Below, piece by piece: positions 38,975 to 52,537 of a DNA stretch of 64,000 nucleotides. Within the stretch, counting starts at the first letter, position 1; each line of letters begins with the position of its first letter. The stretch comes from Octopus sinensis (lineage: Eukaryota): the NCBI RefSeq assembly GCF_006345805.1, contig NC_043018.1, positions 6,758,001-6,822,000 of the forward strand, read 5' to 3'. The notes under the pieces were generated by a model, which ran no database searches, was not told the DNA's origin, and saw nothing but the letters and a program-made list of their open reading frames with translations. Both the position numbers and the translations under genes were made by a program.

Positions 38975-39370
38975 TACTCTTTCACTTGTTTCAGTCATTT
39001 GACTGTAGCCATGCTGGAGCACCGACTTTAGTCAAACAAATCAACCCCAGAACTTATTCTATGTAAGCTTAGTACTTAATCTATCAATCTCTTTTGCTGA
39101 ACCGCTAAGTAACGGGGACGCAAACACACCAGCATCAGTTGTCAAGCGATGTTGGGGGGACAAACAGATACACATACACACACACACACCACATATATAT
39201 ACATACATATATACAACGGGCTTCTTTCAGTTTCCGTCTACCAAATCCTCCCACAAGGCTTTGGTCGGCCCGAGGCTATATTAGAAGGCACTTGCCCAAG
39301 GTGCCATGCAGTGGGACTGAACCCAGAACCATGTGGTTCGTAAGCAAGCTACTTACTGCACAGCCACTCC
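38975..39370 (-). mobile_element. SINE family A, full length
   Basis: Reverse complement of 6185-6590. Confidence 0.9.
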
Positions 39371-39913
39371 TAGAAAATTTTGTTTTACTCCTTCTTGAAA
39401 TTTGGTGGCATTGGGTGTGGCAGTATACCCAATACAACAATCACCATACACACCACTGAGATATACTTATTAAAAAGTTCTAAAAATAATTTTTTTAAAA
39501 AAACAGTGGTAAACTCTTGAAAGAGCTAAACAGTTGAATGCCTTCAGAGCAGAAACTTCTCAGCAGAAGTTCAGCATTAACTTCAGCCGGAGCCACGTGG
39601 AGCTTAGGTGTTTTGCTCATAAACACACACATCGCCCGGTCTGAGATTCAAACCGCGATCCCTCGACCGCGAGTCCGCTCCTCTAACCACTTGGGCATGT
39701 GTCTCCACATGCCATGTGCCTCCATTTAGAATATATATATCCTAAATGTACAAGCATGGCTATGTGGTAAGTAGCTTGCTTACCAACCACATGGTTCCAA
39801 GTTCAGTCTCACTGCATGACACCTTGGACCAGTGTCTTCTTCTATAGCCTCGGGCTGACCAAAGCCTCGTGAGTGGATTTGGTAAACAGAAACCTCTTGT
39901 ATGTATGTATATA

Positions 39914-39953
<40 letters not shown>

Positions 39954-40395
39954 TGTACCTGTGTTTGTCCACGCCACCATCACTTGACATCCAATGTTGG
40001 TGTGTTTACATCCCCATAACTTAGTGGTTCAGCAAAACAGCCTGATACAATAAGTACTAGGCTTACAAAGAATAAGTTATGCTCCAGCATGACCACAGTC
40101 AAATGACTGAAACAGTAAAATAAATAAAAGTATATAATTTGTTTTTGTGCAAAGGCTCCTTGAGACATGTAATTTATTTTAAGGGTTACAGAAGGGTAAA
40201 AAAGGTTGAGAAACACTGCTCTAAGGGGACTGGGCCACTTCCAACTCATGACTCTTGAGTGCCTTTCTTCTGACCCTTTTTCATAAAAAAAAATTATCCG
40301 ACTCGCACATTACAAATACAGACTGTAAGAGGAACAGTAAAAACAAGCAAGACTTTTCTGAAGTTTAAAATGTGACTTTGGATATCAGAAAATGG

Positions 40396-40772
40396 AGGCA
40401 AGCTGGCTGAATCGTTAGCACGCCGGGCAAAATGCTTTAGCAGTATTTCGTCTGCTGCTTCGTTCTGAGTTCAAATTCTGCCGAAGTCAACTTTGCCTTT
40501 CATCCTTTTGGGTAGATAAATTAAGTACCAGCTATGCACTGGGGTCGATGTAATCGACTTAATCCATTTGTCTGTCCTTGTTTGTCCTCTCTGTGTTTAG
40601 CCCCTTGTGGGTAGTAAAGAAATAGGCATTTCGTCTGCCGCTACGTTCATCCTTTCGAGGTCGATTAAATAAGTACCAGTTACACACTGGGGTCAATGTA
40701 ATCGACTTAATCCATTTGTCTGTCCTTGTTTGTCTCTTCTGTGTTTAGCCCCTTGTGGGCAATAAAGAAATA
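40396..40772 (+). mobile_element. SINE B dimer
   Basis: Two tails joined at AAAGAAATA|GGCATTTCGTCTG. Confidence 0.88.
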
Positions 40773-41107
40773 AGAAATAATTGCATTTAAACTGCTTGAA
40801 GAATACTCCTCTCTTTTAAGTATAAGTTTGAAAGCTGAGTGAACAAAGAAATAACTTTGGTTGTCATGGTAGCAGTGAAAGAAACATCAACGTTCTCTGC
40901 ACACATGTCTGTGTTTGTATGTGTGTGTGTGTGTGAGTGTGTGAGTGTGTGTGTGTGGTGTGTGTGTGCATGTGTGTGTGTGTGTGTGCATGTGTGTGTT
41001 GTGTGTGTGTGCATGTGTGTGTGTGTGTGAGTGTGTGGTGTGTGTGTGTGTGTGTGTGTGTGTGTGCATGTGTTTGTGTATGTGTGTGCTTGCACATGTG
41101 TGTGAAG

Positions 41108-41430
41108 GTGCATGGCTTAGTGGTTTCAGTATTCGGCTCACGTTCGTAAAGTCATGAATTTGAAAACCAGTCACGCGTTGTGTCCTTGAGCAAAACACTT
41201 TATTTTCACGTTGCTCCAGTCCATTCAGCTGGCAAAAATAAGTAGCACCTCTATTTCAAAGGGGTCAACCTTGTCACAGTCTGTGTCATGCTGAATCTCT
41301 CTGAGAACTACGTTAATGGTACATGTGTCTGTGGAGTACTCAGCCACTTGCACATTCATTTCATGGGCAGGCTGTTCCATTGATTAGATCAACTAGAACC
41401 CTTGTCATCCTGACTAATGGAGTGCCAGTT
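41108..41430 (+). mobile_element. tRNA-derived SINE family E
   Basis: TGGCTTAGTGGTT head and GTGTCCTTGAGCAAAACACTTT...GCTCCAGTCCATTCAGCTG body; relatives at 7395-7510(-), 47690-47845(-) and 56655-57360. Confidence 0.75.
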
Positions 41431-42584
41431 AATTTATATATTCTTTTACTCTTTTACTTGTTTCAGTCACTTGACTGTGGCCATGCTGGAGCACCGCATG
41501 GTCGAGCAAATTGACCCCAGGACTTATTCTTTGTAAGCCCAGTACTTATTCTATTGGTCTCTTTTGCTGAACTGCTAAGTTACGGGGACATAAATACATC
41601 AGCATCGGTTATCAAGCGATGTTGGTAGGACAAATACAGACGCACAAACATACACACACATACATGCATACATACATACATACATATATATACATATACA
41701 TATATATATATATATATATATAGTTATATATATACACACATTCAGACACACATGTATATATGTATTATACACAGATATGTAGATGTATACATGTATTTAT
41801 CATTTATCATCATCAATGTTATTGTGTTTAATGTTATATACACACATGTATTCAGTTCTATGTCCTTGATTTGTTTTACCAAACCTTTCGGCAAGAATTA
41901 TAAGGAAAATATTATAAATTTACTCATTACTCAGGAAAACTAGCAAACTGGTACTTTAAGACAAAGACCTCTTGTGATATTTGTTCTGTCCGAGTTGCAC
42001 AAGCAATCCCTTGTTATACTCACCATGATAAAAACCGTGACTCAGTGACTGATCTATTGGAAATCCTTTAACTAATGATGTTGTCGTTCACTGATTGTGA
42101 TATAAAATAACAAAAAAAAAAGAAAGAAAACAACACAGATATGAGATCATCTGAAAAGTTTGGTCATCATTAATGATTGATCAGCTGTAGTGATTGGTGA
42201 ACTGTACTGATTGATTTAGTCATGAAAACTGTAACTCACAAGACACGGTAGGTACCAATTAGGCTTCAGAAGTGAAAAAATTACAATTACACGCAAAGAA
42301 AATTTTCAATTGAATTACCTCAATGAGGGTGTCTCTACATGCTAGAAATAACAACCAAATCTTCCCCAAATTATACAATCCTATCTTAAAAAAGGAAGGC
42401 TATATTAAGGATATAATGTGCTCCTAAATACACCATTCCGACAAAAACAAAATGGATAGTTACAAAAAAGGAAAACCTTTAATCATAGTTCTGTTTGATC
42501 AGAGCTAATTTAGAGTTACACAATAACAAGTCTACAGAGAAAGCCTCTATATATATACACACACACACACACATATATATACAT

Positions 42585-42876
42585 GGAGGCGCAATGGCCC
42601 AGTGGTTAGGGCAGCGGACTCGCGGTCGTAGGATCGCAGTTTCGATTCCCAGACCGGGCATTGTATGTGTTTATTGAGTGAAAACACCTAAAAGCTCCAC
42701 GAGTCTCCGGCAGGGGGTGGTGAACCCTGCTGTACTCCTTCACCACTCTTTCTTCTGTTGGCCTGCTCGCTTAGCCAGCGGAGTGGCGTCATTCAAAGGC
42801 TAAAACAATGCGAATACATTGTGACCAGCGATGTGTAGCAACATCTGATGGTCTGGTCGGTCACGTGATCACGTGA
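42585..42876 (+). mobile_element. SINE family C with alternative tail ending GTCACGTGATCACGTGAT
   Basis: Head nearly identical to 9426; different 3' half. Confidence 0.85.
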
Positions 42877-43078
42877 TATATATACACGATGGGCTTCTTT
42901 CAGTTTTTATCTACCAAATACACTCACAAGGCTTTGGTCGGCCTTAGGCTATAGTAGATGACATTTGCCCATGGTGCCACACAGCAGGACTGAACCCAGA
43001 ACCATGTGGTTGGGAAGCAAGCTTGTTACCACGCAGCCACTCTTGTGTCTATTTGTGTGTGTGTGTGTGTGTGTGTGA

Positions 43079-43121
<43 letters not shown>

Positions 43122-43137
43122 TACATACATACTTATC

Positions 43138-43169
<32 letters not shown>

Positions 43170-43429
43170 TATATATATGACAAAATTTTAGCTTGCCTTG
43201 TTAACATGTATTTTCAGGAATATTAATTTCTCTATCTAAATACGTTAATACAACAGAAACAATTGTCAGCTTTCTAAGGTGAATTCTACAACTATAAATG
43301 TGATTTTCTCTATAAATATTTTCATTTACTATTACCATTCCTGTCAGCATGCAGAACAATACCAAAATCCTTTAAATCTTCCATTTCAATAGCTGCACCA
43401 GACACTATATCTATACATACTGTATTGAC

Positions 43430-43780
43430 GCAGGTCACCTTATATGGCTTTCAAATCTCATCGCTTCAATTTTGAAAGCCACAGACAATTCTGAAGTCTT
43501 TTATTTGTGTCCTAGAATTAGATTTAGTCAAGCTTTGGGTTGAATCTCACTGCTGAGATAAGTGAAGTGGTCAACAACTTCCGGCATTTTAACACACAAC
43601 GCAGACAAACGTGGTGGAATCCTCCAAGAAGCCAATGAAAACTTGGGTCTGTGTCCTGGCCCAAGAGACTCAAAGGTCAAGTGGTTCAGCAGCCTCAGAA
43701 CTCCTTAAGACAACCAGAGACTCAACAAGAATAACTTTGTCATCACCAAAATCTAGGGATCACATGGAGATGGGGACTAA
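43430..43780 (-). mobile_element. Old RT fragment of a second RTE-like family
   Basis: DFGDDKVILVES...VSWARTQTQ...EVVDHFTYLSSEI, resembling the FADD, KTK and FxYLG motifs. Confidence 0.65.
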
Positions 43781-44139
43781 ATACATGTGTGTATATAACA
43801 TTAAATGTGATGACATTGTAACGATAAATACATATATACATGTACATATATGTGTATTATACATACATATACATGTGTGTATGTCTATATGTTTCTCTGT
43901 GTGGTGTATATATATATTCATATATATATATAAACATATATAGTAAATATATATTGATTTATTATGATTTAGTTTATGTCTATCATTGTTTTAATTGCAT
44001 AATAGTGCTTTTTCTCTAATTTATATATATTATATATTTATATTGTGAAATTTGATTTAATACTAAATTAAATTTTTCCCTGTAAGTTTGGAGTTATACT
44101 CCCTAATATTATTAGTATTAATATATATGTATATATACG

Positions 44140-44191
<52 letters not shown>

Positions 44192-44208
44192 TATATACAT
44201 ATATATAC

Positions 44209-44241
<33 letters not shown>

Positions 44242-44381
44242 CATACATATACATATATATATACATATATATATATACATATATTATATATACATATATA
44301 TATATATACATATATATATACATATAACATATATATAAATATACATATTATATATATCTATATATATAATATATATATATA

Positions 44382-44420
<39 letters not shown>

Positions 44421-44692
44421 ATATATATATATTATATATAATAATATATATATATATATAAAAGTTGTAGCTGTGTGGTAAGAAGCTTGCTTCCCAACCA
44501 CGATTCCAGGTTCAGTCACACTGCATGGCACCTCGGGCAAGTGTTTTCTACTCAGGTCAACCAAACCTTGTGACTGGATTTGGTAGATGGAAACTGAAAG
44601 AAGCATGTCATGTGTGTATATAATAATATATATACACACATACAGACAGACAGACACACCACACACACACACACACACACCACACACAATAT

Positions 44693-45345
44693 ATCAGGTC
44701 ATCCTATAAGTTCTGTCTGATTTTACCTTTTTTAATATATGAATGAAATTTAATAGTATTTTAGAATGTCTAATGGAATTAAAAAATATTTTTGCATTTG
44801 TGTACATTTAAACTAATTAAATATTATTTACAAGAAATAATAGAATTAAAATTCTTTGATTAAAATCCTTTCTAACATGGAAGTATCCAAAAAGCATTGA
44901 GGCACATAATGCTTCATGAGTACAAAAAGAAAATTCTGCAGCTGAAGCAACTCGGAATATACACTCAGTTTATGGGAAAGAATGCTTGAATGAAAGAACT
45001 TGCAGAAGATAGAGATGGAATTTGCAGAGGTAGAGATTTCAGCCTTGAAGATGAAGATCGAACAGGACGTCCAGTTGAGTTTGATGATAAGCTTCTTGAA
45101 GCATCAATTGAAGAAAATCCTGCATTATCAGTTGAAGAATTGGCAACAAAGTTTAGTTCAAACCATACACCTGTTCATCATCATCTTCAACAACTTGGAA
45201 AGGTACCTAAACTTGGAAAATGGGTGCCTCATGAATTGTCCAAAAGCAACTGCAACTCCCAAGTTGACATCCGCTCTTCTCTCCATTCTCACGAACTCAT
45301 TTCACCCTTTTTGGATAGACGTCTGACTGGTGACGAGAAGTGGAG
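44693..45345 (+). mobile_element. Mariner element 5' half (TIR plus frameshifted transposase)
   Basis: TA-TCAGGTCATCC TIR-like start; ATG at 44877; DFSLEDEDRTGRP, KWVPHEL and LTGDEKW motifs. Confidence 0.92.
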
Positions 45346-46009
45346 AGTGTAGTGGATGCTTTTTATGTGCCACCAGCACAGGAGCCAGTCAGGGAGGCTT
45401 TTTACATGCTACTGGCATGGGAGCCAGTCAAGGGGTTCTGGCATCAGCCACGTTTGAATGATGCTTTTTACGCGCCACTGGCACGGGAACCAGTCAGGTG
45501 GACCAGCATAAATGAATATATATATATATATTCAATATATATGATGGGCTTCTTTCAGTTTCTGTCTACCAAATCCACTCACAAGGCTTTGGTCAACCTG
45601 AGGCTACAGTAGTAGACACTTGCCCAAGGTGCCCTGCAATGGGGCTGAACTCAGAACCATGTGGTTGGGAAGCAAACTTCTAACCACACGACCACACCTG
45701 TGCCTCGGACGTTAAACGATGATGATGATGATGATGATGATGATATATGTAAGAGGAATGACCACTATATATGTATGTAATATAATTTTTCTGAATCTTC
45801 AGATTTTTCTATATGCTAGACCACTGGTTTTAAGTTGATATTAATCAAATTAATATTCAATTTTTCACCCTTATTATTTTATATATATTTTGGCGCGCAG
45901 AACGAGGACATTTGAATATAACTGTCAATATAATGGGCCAAGCTGCTTGTATTTTTGACTTCGTGTTGATATCTGGCGTGTAGCTCGACAAATTATATTT
46001 TATGACGGA

Positions 46010-46084
46010 CCTCACTGAGGAGCTGCAGATTAATTGTGTAAGTAAAATTGCATAATTTATTAACAGTGAAACAATTGTATGGGG
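46010..46084 (+). ncRNA. Type I hammerhead ribozyme motif in a (TA)n-flanked Penelope-like insert (~45745-46235)
   Basis: CCTCA-CTGAGGA-GCTG(38-nt loop)CAGT-GAAA-CAATTG-TA-TGGGG; GUA triplet and palindromic stem III. Confidence 0.8.
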
Positions 46085-46239
46085 TTAATCTATATTTTTG
46101 TTATTTTTCATTTGTCCTGCTCGCTTACGTTCATAGTATGCTAAATTTTTGTTGAGAACAATTCTTAGTGGTTGAGACTCATGCGGATCTCTCTTTTGCG
46201 TAAGGGCATCCACATAGTGGATTCTCTCTAATATTTATG

Positions 46240-46283
<44 letters not shown>

Positions 46284-46709
46284 TATGCTCTATTATTCCT
46301 TTACTTGTTTCAGTCATCTGACTACAGCCATGCTGGAGCACTGCCTTTAGTTGAACAACTTATTCTTTGTAAGCTTAGTACTTATTCTATTGGTCTCTTT
46401 TGCCGAACTGCTAAGTTATGGGGATGCAAACACACCAACATCGGTTATCAAGTGATGGTAGGGGAGGGGAGACAAACATTGACGCACAAATATATACATA
46501 TATGCATACAATGAGATTCTTTCAGTTTCCATCTACCAAATCCATTCACAAGGCTTTGGTCAGCCCAACGCTATAGTAGAAGACACTTGCCTAAAGAGTG
46601 ATGCAGTGGGACTGAAACTAGAACCATGTGATTTTGAAGCAAGCTTCTTATCACACAACCACACAACCACACCTGCACCTATATATATACGTACATATAT
46701 ATATAAAAT

Positions 46710-47153
46710 AATTATTATTTGAGGGAATATTATTCCAAACTTACAGGGAAAAATACAATTTAGAAATACTAAATCAAATTTCTCAAAATATAATATATAT
46801 GAGTGGCTATATTTATATCGAAGTGATTTTACTACTACTATTAATTTTTTTACTATAATCATTTCTTAAATATTACCATGAAACACGTGTCGTTATTCTA
46901 CCAATTATATAAATTTTTATTATCTTTTTGCAATTTACTTAATCATCGGTATATTATTGTTATTTTAATTTTAATTTTTCTATTATATGTAATTTTCTAG
47001 ATGGTGTAATTTAATTGTTCATTTTGAATTGATAAAAGGTGGTTTTTTCTAATTTTTATATATATATATTATATTTTGTGAAATTTGATTTAGTATTTCT
47101 AAATTGAATTTTTCCCTGTAAGTTAGGAATAATATTCCCTCAAATAATAATTA
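46710..47153. mobile_element. Penelope-like relic with ~90-bp inverted ends and a 5'-truncated hammerhead
   Basis: 46712-46800 is inverted at 47063-47152; ATGA-GTGG...CCAT-GAAA-CACGTG-TC at 46799-46891; solo relative at 43945-44120. Confidence 0.7.
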
Positions 47154-47179
47154 TATATATATATATATATATTTTTTTT

Positions 47180-47568
47180 TTTACTTGTTTCAGTCATTTG
47201 ACTGTGGCCATGCTGGAGCATGAGCAACTCGAACCCTGGACTTATTCTTTTGTAAGCCCAGTACTTATTCTATCGGTCTCTTTTGCCGAACCGCTAAGTA
47301 ACGGGGACATAAACACACCAGCATCGGTTGTCAAGCAATGCTAGTGGGGACAAACACAGACACACAAACACACACACACACACACATATATATATAAATA
47401 TATACGACGGGCTTCTTTCAGTTTCCGTCTACCAAATCCACTCACAAGGCTTTGGTCGGCCCGAGGCTATAGCAGAAGACACTTGCCCAAGGTGCCACGC
47501 AGTGGGACTGAACCCGGAACCATGTGGTTGGTAAACAAGCTACTTACCACACAGCCACTCCTGCGCCT
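47180..47568 (-). mobile_element. SINE family A, full length
   Basis: Reverse complement of 6185-6590. Confidence 0.9.
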
Positions 47569-48295
47569 ATATATATATATTTATTTCTATTCTCATGTCA
47601 TCAGATTCACAAGGCCAGTAAGCCAATTTCCATAGCATATAAATGACTGCTATCACAACAAACTGCCCCCGCGCTCTTGAAACGGATACCAGCCCATTGC
47701 AGGTGATTCATTTACAGCTGAGTGGACTGGGCCAGTGTGAAATGAAATGTTTTGCTCAAGAACACAACACACGTCTTGGATCAGGAATTGAAACCACAAT
47801 CTTGTTATCGTGAGTGCAGCACCTTAATCACTAGACCACACGTGCCTGTGTTTTTCTGCGACTGGGCAACATTTAATTTGTCAATGACTTCTTCGTAATT
47901 CAACTTCTTATTGTCAGAATAACAATAGAAAAATCTAATCTCTCTCTCTCTCTCTCTATCTCTATCTCTCTCTTACTTTTTCTCTCTCACTGGTTGTCTC
48001 TTACTCCCTATCTTTCTCTCTCTTTTTTTCATTGTCTCTTTCTCTTTCTGCTTTTCTCTTTCTTTTTCTGTCTTCTTCCCCCCTCCCCCCGGTGTATAAA
48101 AAAAAGCAACCGAAAAGCAAATATAAAAATAAAATAACAAACACTGGTATAAATAAATGACTATAAACATCATAATTAGTTCTTAATTGCTATTGTTCTA
48201 TCTGATTGACGTAACAAATTAACTATCATGCTGGTTTGTGTCTTTTAAAAATAACAATAATAATAACAACAACAACGATATTAATAACAGTAGTA

Positions 48296-48327
<32 letters not shown>

Positions 48328-49039
48328 TATGACAATAACAATAATTGTAGTGATGGCAATAACAATAATAGTAATAACAACAACAACAATAATAATAATA
48401 ATAATGATAATGATGATGATGATGATGATGATAATAATAATAATAATAATAATAATAATTAATAATAATAATAATGATAATAGTAATGATAATAATAACG
48501 ATAATAATAATGATAATAATAATGATAATAATAATGATAATAATAATGATAATGGTGATGGTAATAAGATTATTATTGGTGTTCTGTTTTATTTTGTGTT
48601 CTTTTTTATTTTTTGCTGTTTTCTGCTTTTTTGAGTGTATGTTTTTCATTAAAAAAAAACGCACACACACACACACACACTGACTAACTAATCAATATTT
48701 ATGCTAATTACAGATTTTTAGTCAATCTAATTTGTCTCGGTGGTATATATTACACAAGAATTGAATTTTTATTCAAATAAATTTTTTTTTTTAAATGAGA
48801 AAACAAAATAATAATAATGATAATAGATAAACAAATGTACGAACAGACAATGATAAAGATGATGATGATGATGACAATGGTGGTGGTGGAGGTGGTGATG
48901 GATGATGATGGTGATGATGATGATGATTAGATTTGCTTTTAGGTTCATGTTTTATCTTATTAAATTAGTTTTTTTTTCATTTTCTTTTGTTTTTTGATTT
49001 ATTTTACATTTTCGTTTGGATATTGTTTTGGTTAGAGAT

Positions 49040-49800
49040 GTTTGATGATGAAGATGATGATGATGATGACAATGATTATGATGGTGAGGATAATGAAGAT
49101 GATAAAGATGATGATCATGAAGAGGATGATGATCATGATGAAGATGGTGTTGAGGATGATGATGAAGATGATGATGATGATGATGATGATGAAGATGATG
49201 ATGATGAAGATGGTGATGGTGATGATGAAGATGATGATGAAGACGGTGATGATGTAGATGAGAATGACAATGATGATGATGATGATGAGGATGATGGTGA
49301 TGATGAAGACGATGATGATGTAGATGAGGATGACAATGATGATGATGAGGATGATGGTGATGATGATGAAGATGATGATGATGGTGATGGTGATGGTGAT
49401 GATGGTGATGATGAAGACGATGATGATGTAGATGAGGACGACAATGATGACGATGATGATGAAGATGGTGATGGTGATGATGGTGATGATGACGATGAAG
49501 ATGGTGATGATGACGATGATGGTGATGATGATAGTGGCGGTGGTGGTTGCTGTGGTGGTGTCGGTAAACATCATAATCATGATTGTTGTTGTGTTGTTAT
49601 TGTTGTTACTAATGTTATTGATGGTGATGTTGTTAATGATATTGCAGTTGTTGCTTAAGATGATGATGATGATGATGAAGATGACAATGGTGATGATGGT
49701 GATATTGTTGTTGATATTAATTCTTACCAGTATTGCTGATGATGATGAGGATAACAATAGTAGTGGTGGTGATAGTGGTGTTGGGGTGATGGTGATAACA

Positions 49801-49833
<33 letters not shown>

Positions 49834-49860
49834 GTGGTGGCAGTGGTGGTGGTTTCACTA
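49040..49860. repeat. Compound (GAT)-based trinucleotide array
   Basis: Directly visible. Confidence 0.93.
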
Positions 49861-50589
49861 ATGTTGTTAATGCTGTTTTTGTTGTTCTCATTACTGTTGT
49901 GTTGTTTTAAAGTCCATTGTTATCTTTCATTAATATTGTGTATTGCAAAAGAATTGAAGTTACAATAATGGTATGGAAGAAGCAAACAAAACAATATATT
50001 GCTTTAGTGGGCACCCTGGGTATACGAAAGAGAGAGAGAGATGAACAGACACAGATACATAGGAAGAGAGACAGGTGAATAGTGGCTGCTTTCATTAGAT
50101 GTTGAAGTAGAGGATAGATAGATGGATGGATATAGATAGACACACAGACAGATAGATACATAGCTGGATAGACAGACTGACAGACAGATGGATGGATCAA
50201 TGGACAGACAGATGGATGGATGGAGAGACAGCTGGATGGACAGTCAGACACAGATAGATGATAGATAGAAGAAACGTTAGCATGCCGGGTGAAATGCTCA
50301 GCAGTATTTCGTCTGCCGCTACGTTCTGAGTTCAAATTCCGCTGAGGTCGACTTTGCCTTTCATCCTTTCGGGGTCGATTAAATAAGTACCAGTTACGCA
50401 CTGGGGTTGATATAATCAACTTCAACCGTTTGTCTGTCCTTGTTTGTCCCCTCTGTGTTTAGTCCCTTGTGGGTAATAAAGAAATAGATAGAAGAAAACT
50501 TTATGCAGATGTTGAATGGACTGATAGACAGTGTGTAGGTATAGACTGAACAGATAGACACAGTGTGTAGATATTGGATAGATAGATCA

Positions 50590-51520
50590 GGACCCTGCCT
50601 GTGGCTCTCATCTAAGTCAAGCATACAAGTCACAAATTTGTGATCTGTGTAGCTGGACTATATGGAATTGTGGCGAGCTGGCAAAAACGTTAGCATGCCA
50701 GGCGAAATGCGTAGCCGTATTTCGTCTGCCGTTACGTTCCGAGTTCAAATTCCGCCGAGGTCGACTTTGCCTTTCATCCTTTCAGGGTCGATAAATTAAG
50801 TACCAGTTACACACTGGGGTCGATGTAATCGACTTAACCCGTTTGTCTGTCCTTGTTTGTCTCTTCTGTGTTTAGCCCCTTGTGGGCAATAAAGAAATAT
50901 ATATGGAATTGTAGACATCCTACACTATCCCTATCCACTGTTCTACAGAAAACTCTATCTAAATACAATCTGGATGGCCCAATGTGGTTGCTCCATGTCC
51001 ACATTGGCACATTCAGGTGGTTCAATCAGTACCTGTCAGCTGGAAATATCTGAGCAGGTCTTTGAGGCATTTGCATCCCCTCCTATTACCCTCTCTGCCC
51101 GCATAGTCTAGATTCATGTCCAAGGTAGAGTTCCAATACCCCACTAAAAGTAAAGGTCAAGACGTTCCCAGGAAAACCTCTAGATGTCAAAAGAAATCTG
51201 GCCGACCTGTTAAGGACAGTGCATAAACTGTTATCATTTGAAAAGCAGACCTATTACTGCCATCGACATCCAAGATGACCAGCTTACTCTCCGGGTCTAC
51301 GAATATTGCTCTTACATTGAGGTTTAGACTCTTCTGAAGAAGCACCATGGTACCATCTCCGCCCATTCTCTGCAGACATGGAGAAAAATAAATGTTGAAA
51401 TGTCTGCCGAACATATGCTGGAGATTGTGGAGTCTGGTCTCACTGATGGCTATTTAACGGGCAGCCTTGTTTCCAAGGCGACCCTAAGCCACATACATTT
51501 ATACAACCTATTCTGACCAT
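50590..51520 (-). mobile_element. Tx1/L1-like ORF2 N-terminal AP-endonuclease domain, decayed, with SINE B insertion
   Basis: MVRIGCINVCGL, AISETRL, ITVYA, LVGYWN, WTWSN, YLDRVF and TDHKFV motifs in order; SINE at 50672-50899 with TSD TATATGGAATTGT. Confidence 0.85.
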
Positions 51521-51666
51521 ATTCCTATTGAAAGTTGTGTTTTACAAACAAATGAAAGACAAAATAGATTGAGAGAGAGAGAGAGAGAGAGCATCACTGT
51601 TTGAAAATCGTTTGTCCTTCACCTCACAGTCATCTCCCAGAAGGTTTTTGTACAGTTTTTTAGAGA

Positions 51667-51936
51667 GATATTGATATCCTCACTGTTTGAGAGACACAAT
51701 AAGAATGATCTCGTTTGAGATTACGACCATCTTTGGGCTAGTTTGACCCTGTTGTATCCACTGATCTGATTGGTTGGCCTCACACTCTGGCGTGAAATAA
51801 GTAGGGAGACAGACCGCGCTAGATGCCAACCAATCAGATCAGTGGATACAACAGGGTCAAACTAGCCCAAAGATGGCTGTAATCTCAAACGAGATCATTC
51901 TTATTGTGTCTCTCAAACAGTGAGGATATCAATATC
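51667..51936. repeat. Inverted repeat with 112-bp arms and 46-bp spacer
   Basis: 51667-51778 versus 51825-51936; I see only a 2-nt difference. Confidence 0.93.
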
Positions 51937-52281
51937 ACTACATATTTTTGAAATCTCCCTACAACATCTGGGTAGAGAGATTTCAGTGTGTTCTGTGTTA
52001 TATGTATGACTTTAATATGTTGTATGGATGATTATTTGTTTTGATATTATTTTCTGTTATGTTGGTGTTTGACCTAATTATTCTTTAGGTCTGAATTGTT
52101 AGTGTTTATAGCTGTCAACATTATGAGGCCATTTGGTGTTTGTGTGTTTATGCTAATGCTTTTGTTTTCTGTGGGTGTTTTGGTTTTGGGAGTAGTAAAC
52201 CTCCCTGCTTTGTTTGTTTGCTTTTCTATTCTTTTTTTCCATCTTTTTCTCCTTCCCTGTGGCTACCTGCTGATAGCCAGC

Positions 52282-52313
<32 letters not shown>

Positions 52314-52435
52314 CAGACAGACACAGTGCGTAGGTGTTGACTGGATAGATATGTTTCTTTATTAGCCACACAGGGCTGCACACAGACAGAACAAATTACA
52401 AGGTAGAGCTTTTGGATAGATAGATAGATAGATCA

Positions 52436-52489
<54 letters not shown>

Positions 52490-52537
52490 TGATAGATAGA
52501 TAGATCAATAGATAAATAGATAGATAGATAGATAGAT

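Noticed and set aside
42024-42090. Minus-strand exon candidate ending ATG|gtgagt
   Set aside because: Stops in all frames from the best acceptor; could be a UTR exon but is unsupported.
48987-49658. 223-aa acidic Asp/Glu-rich ORF
   Set aside because: A (GAT)n-derived array that is largely open in other frames too; no unique domain or splice support.
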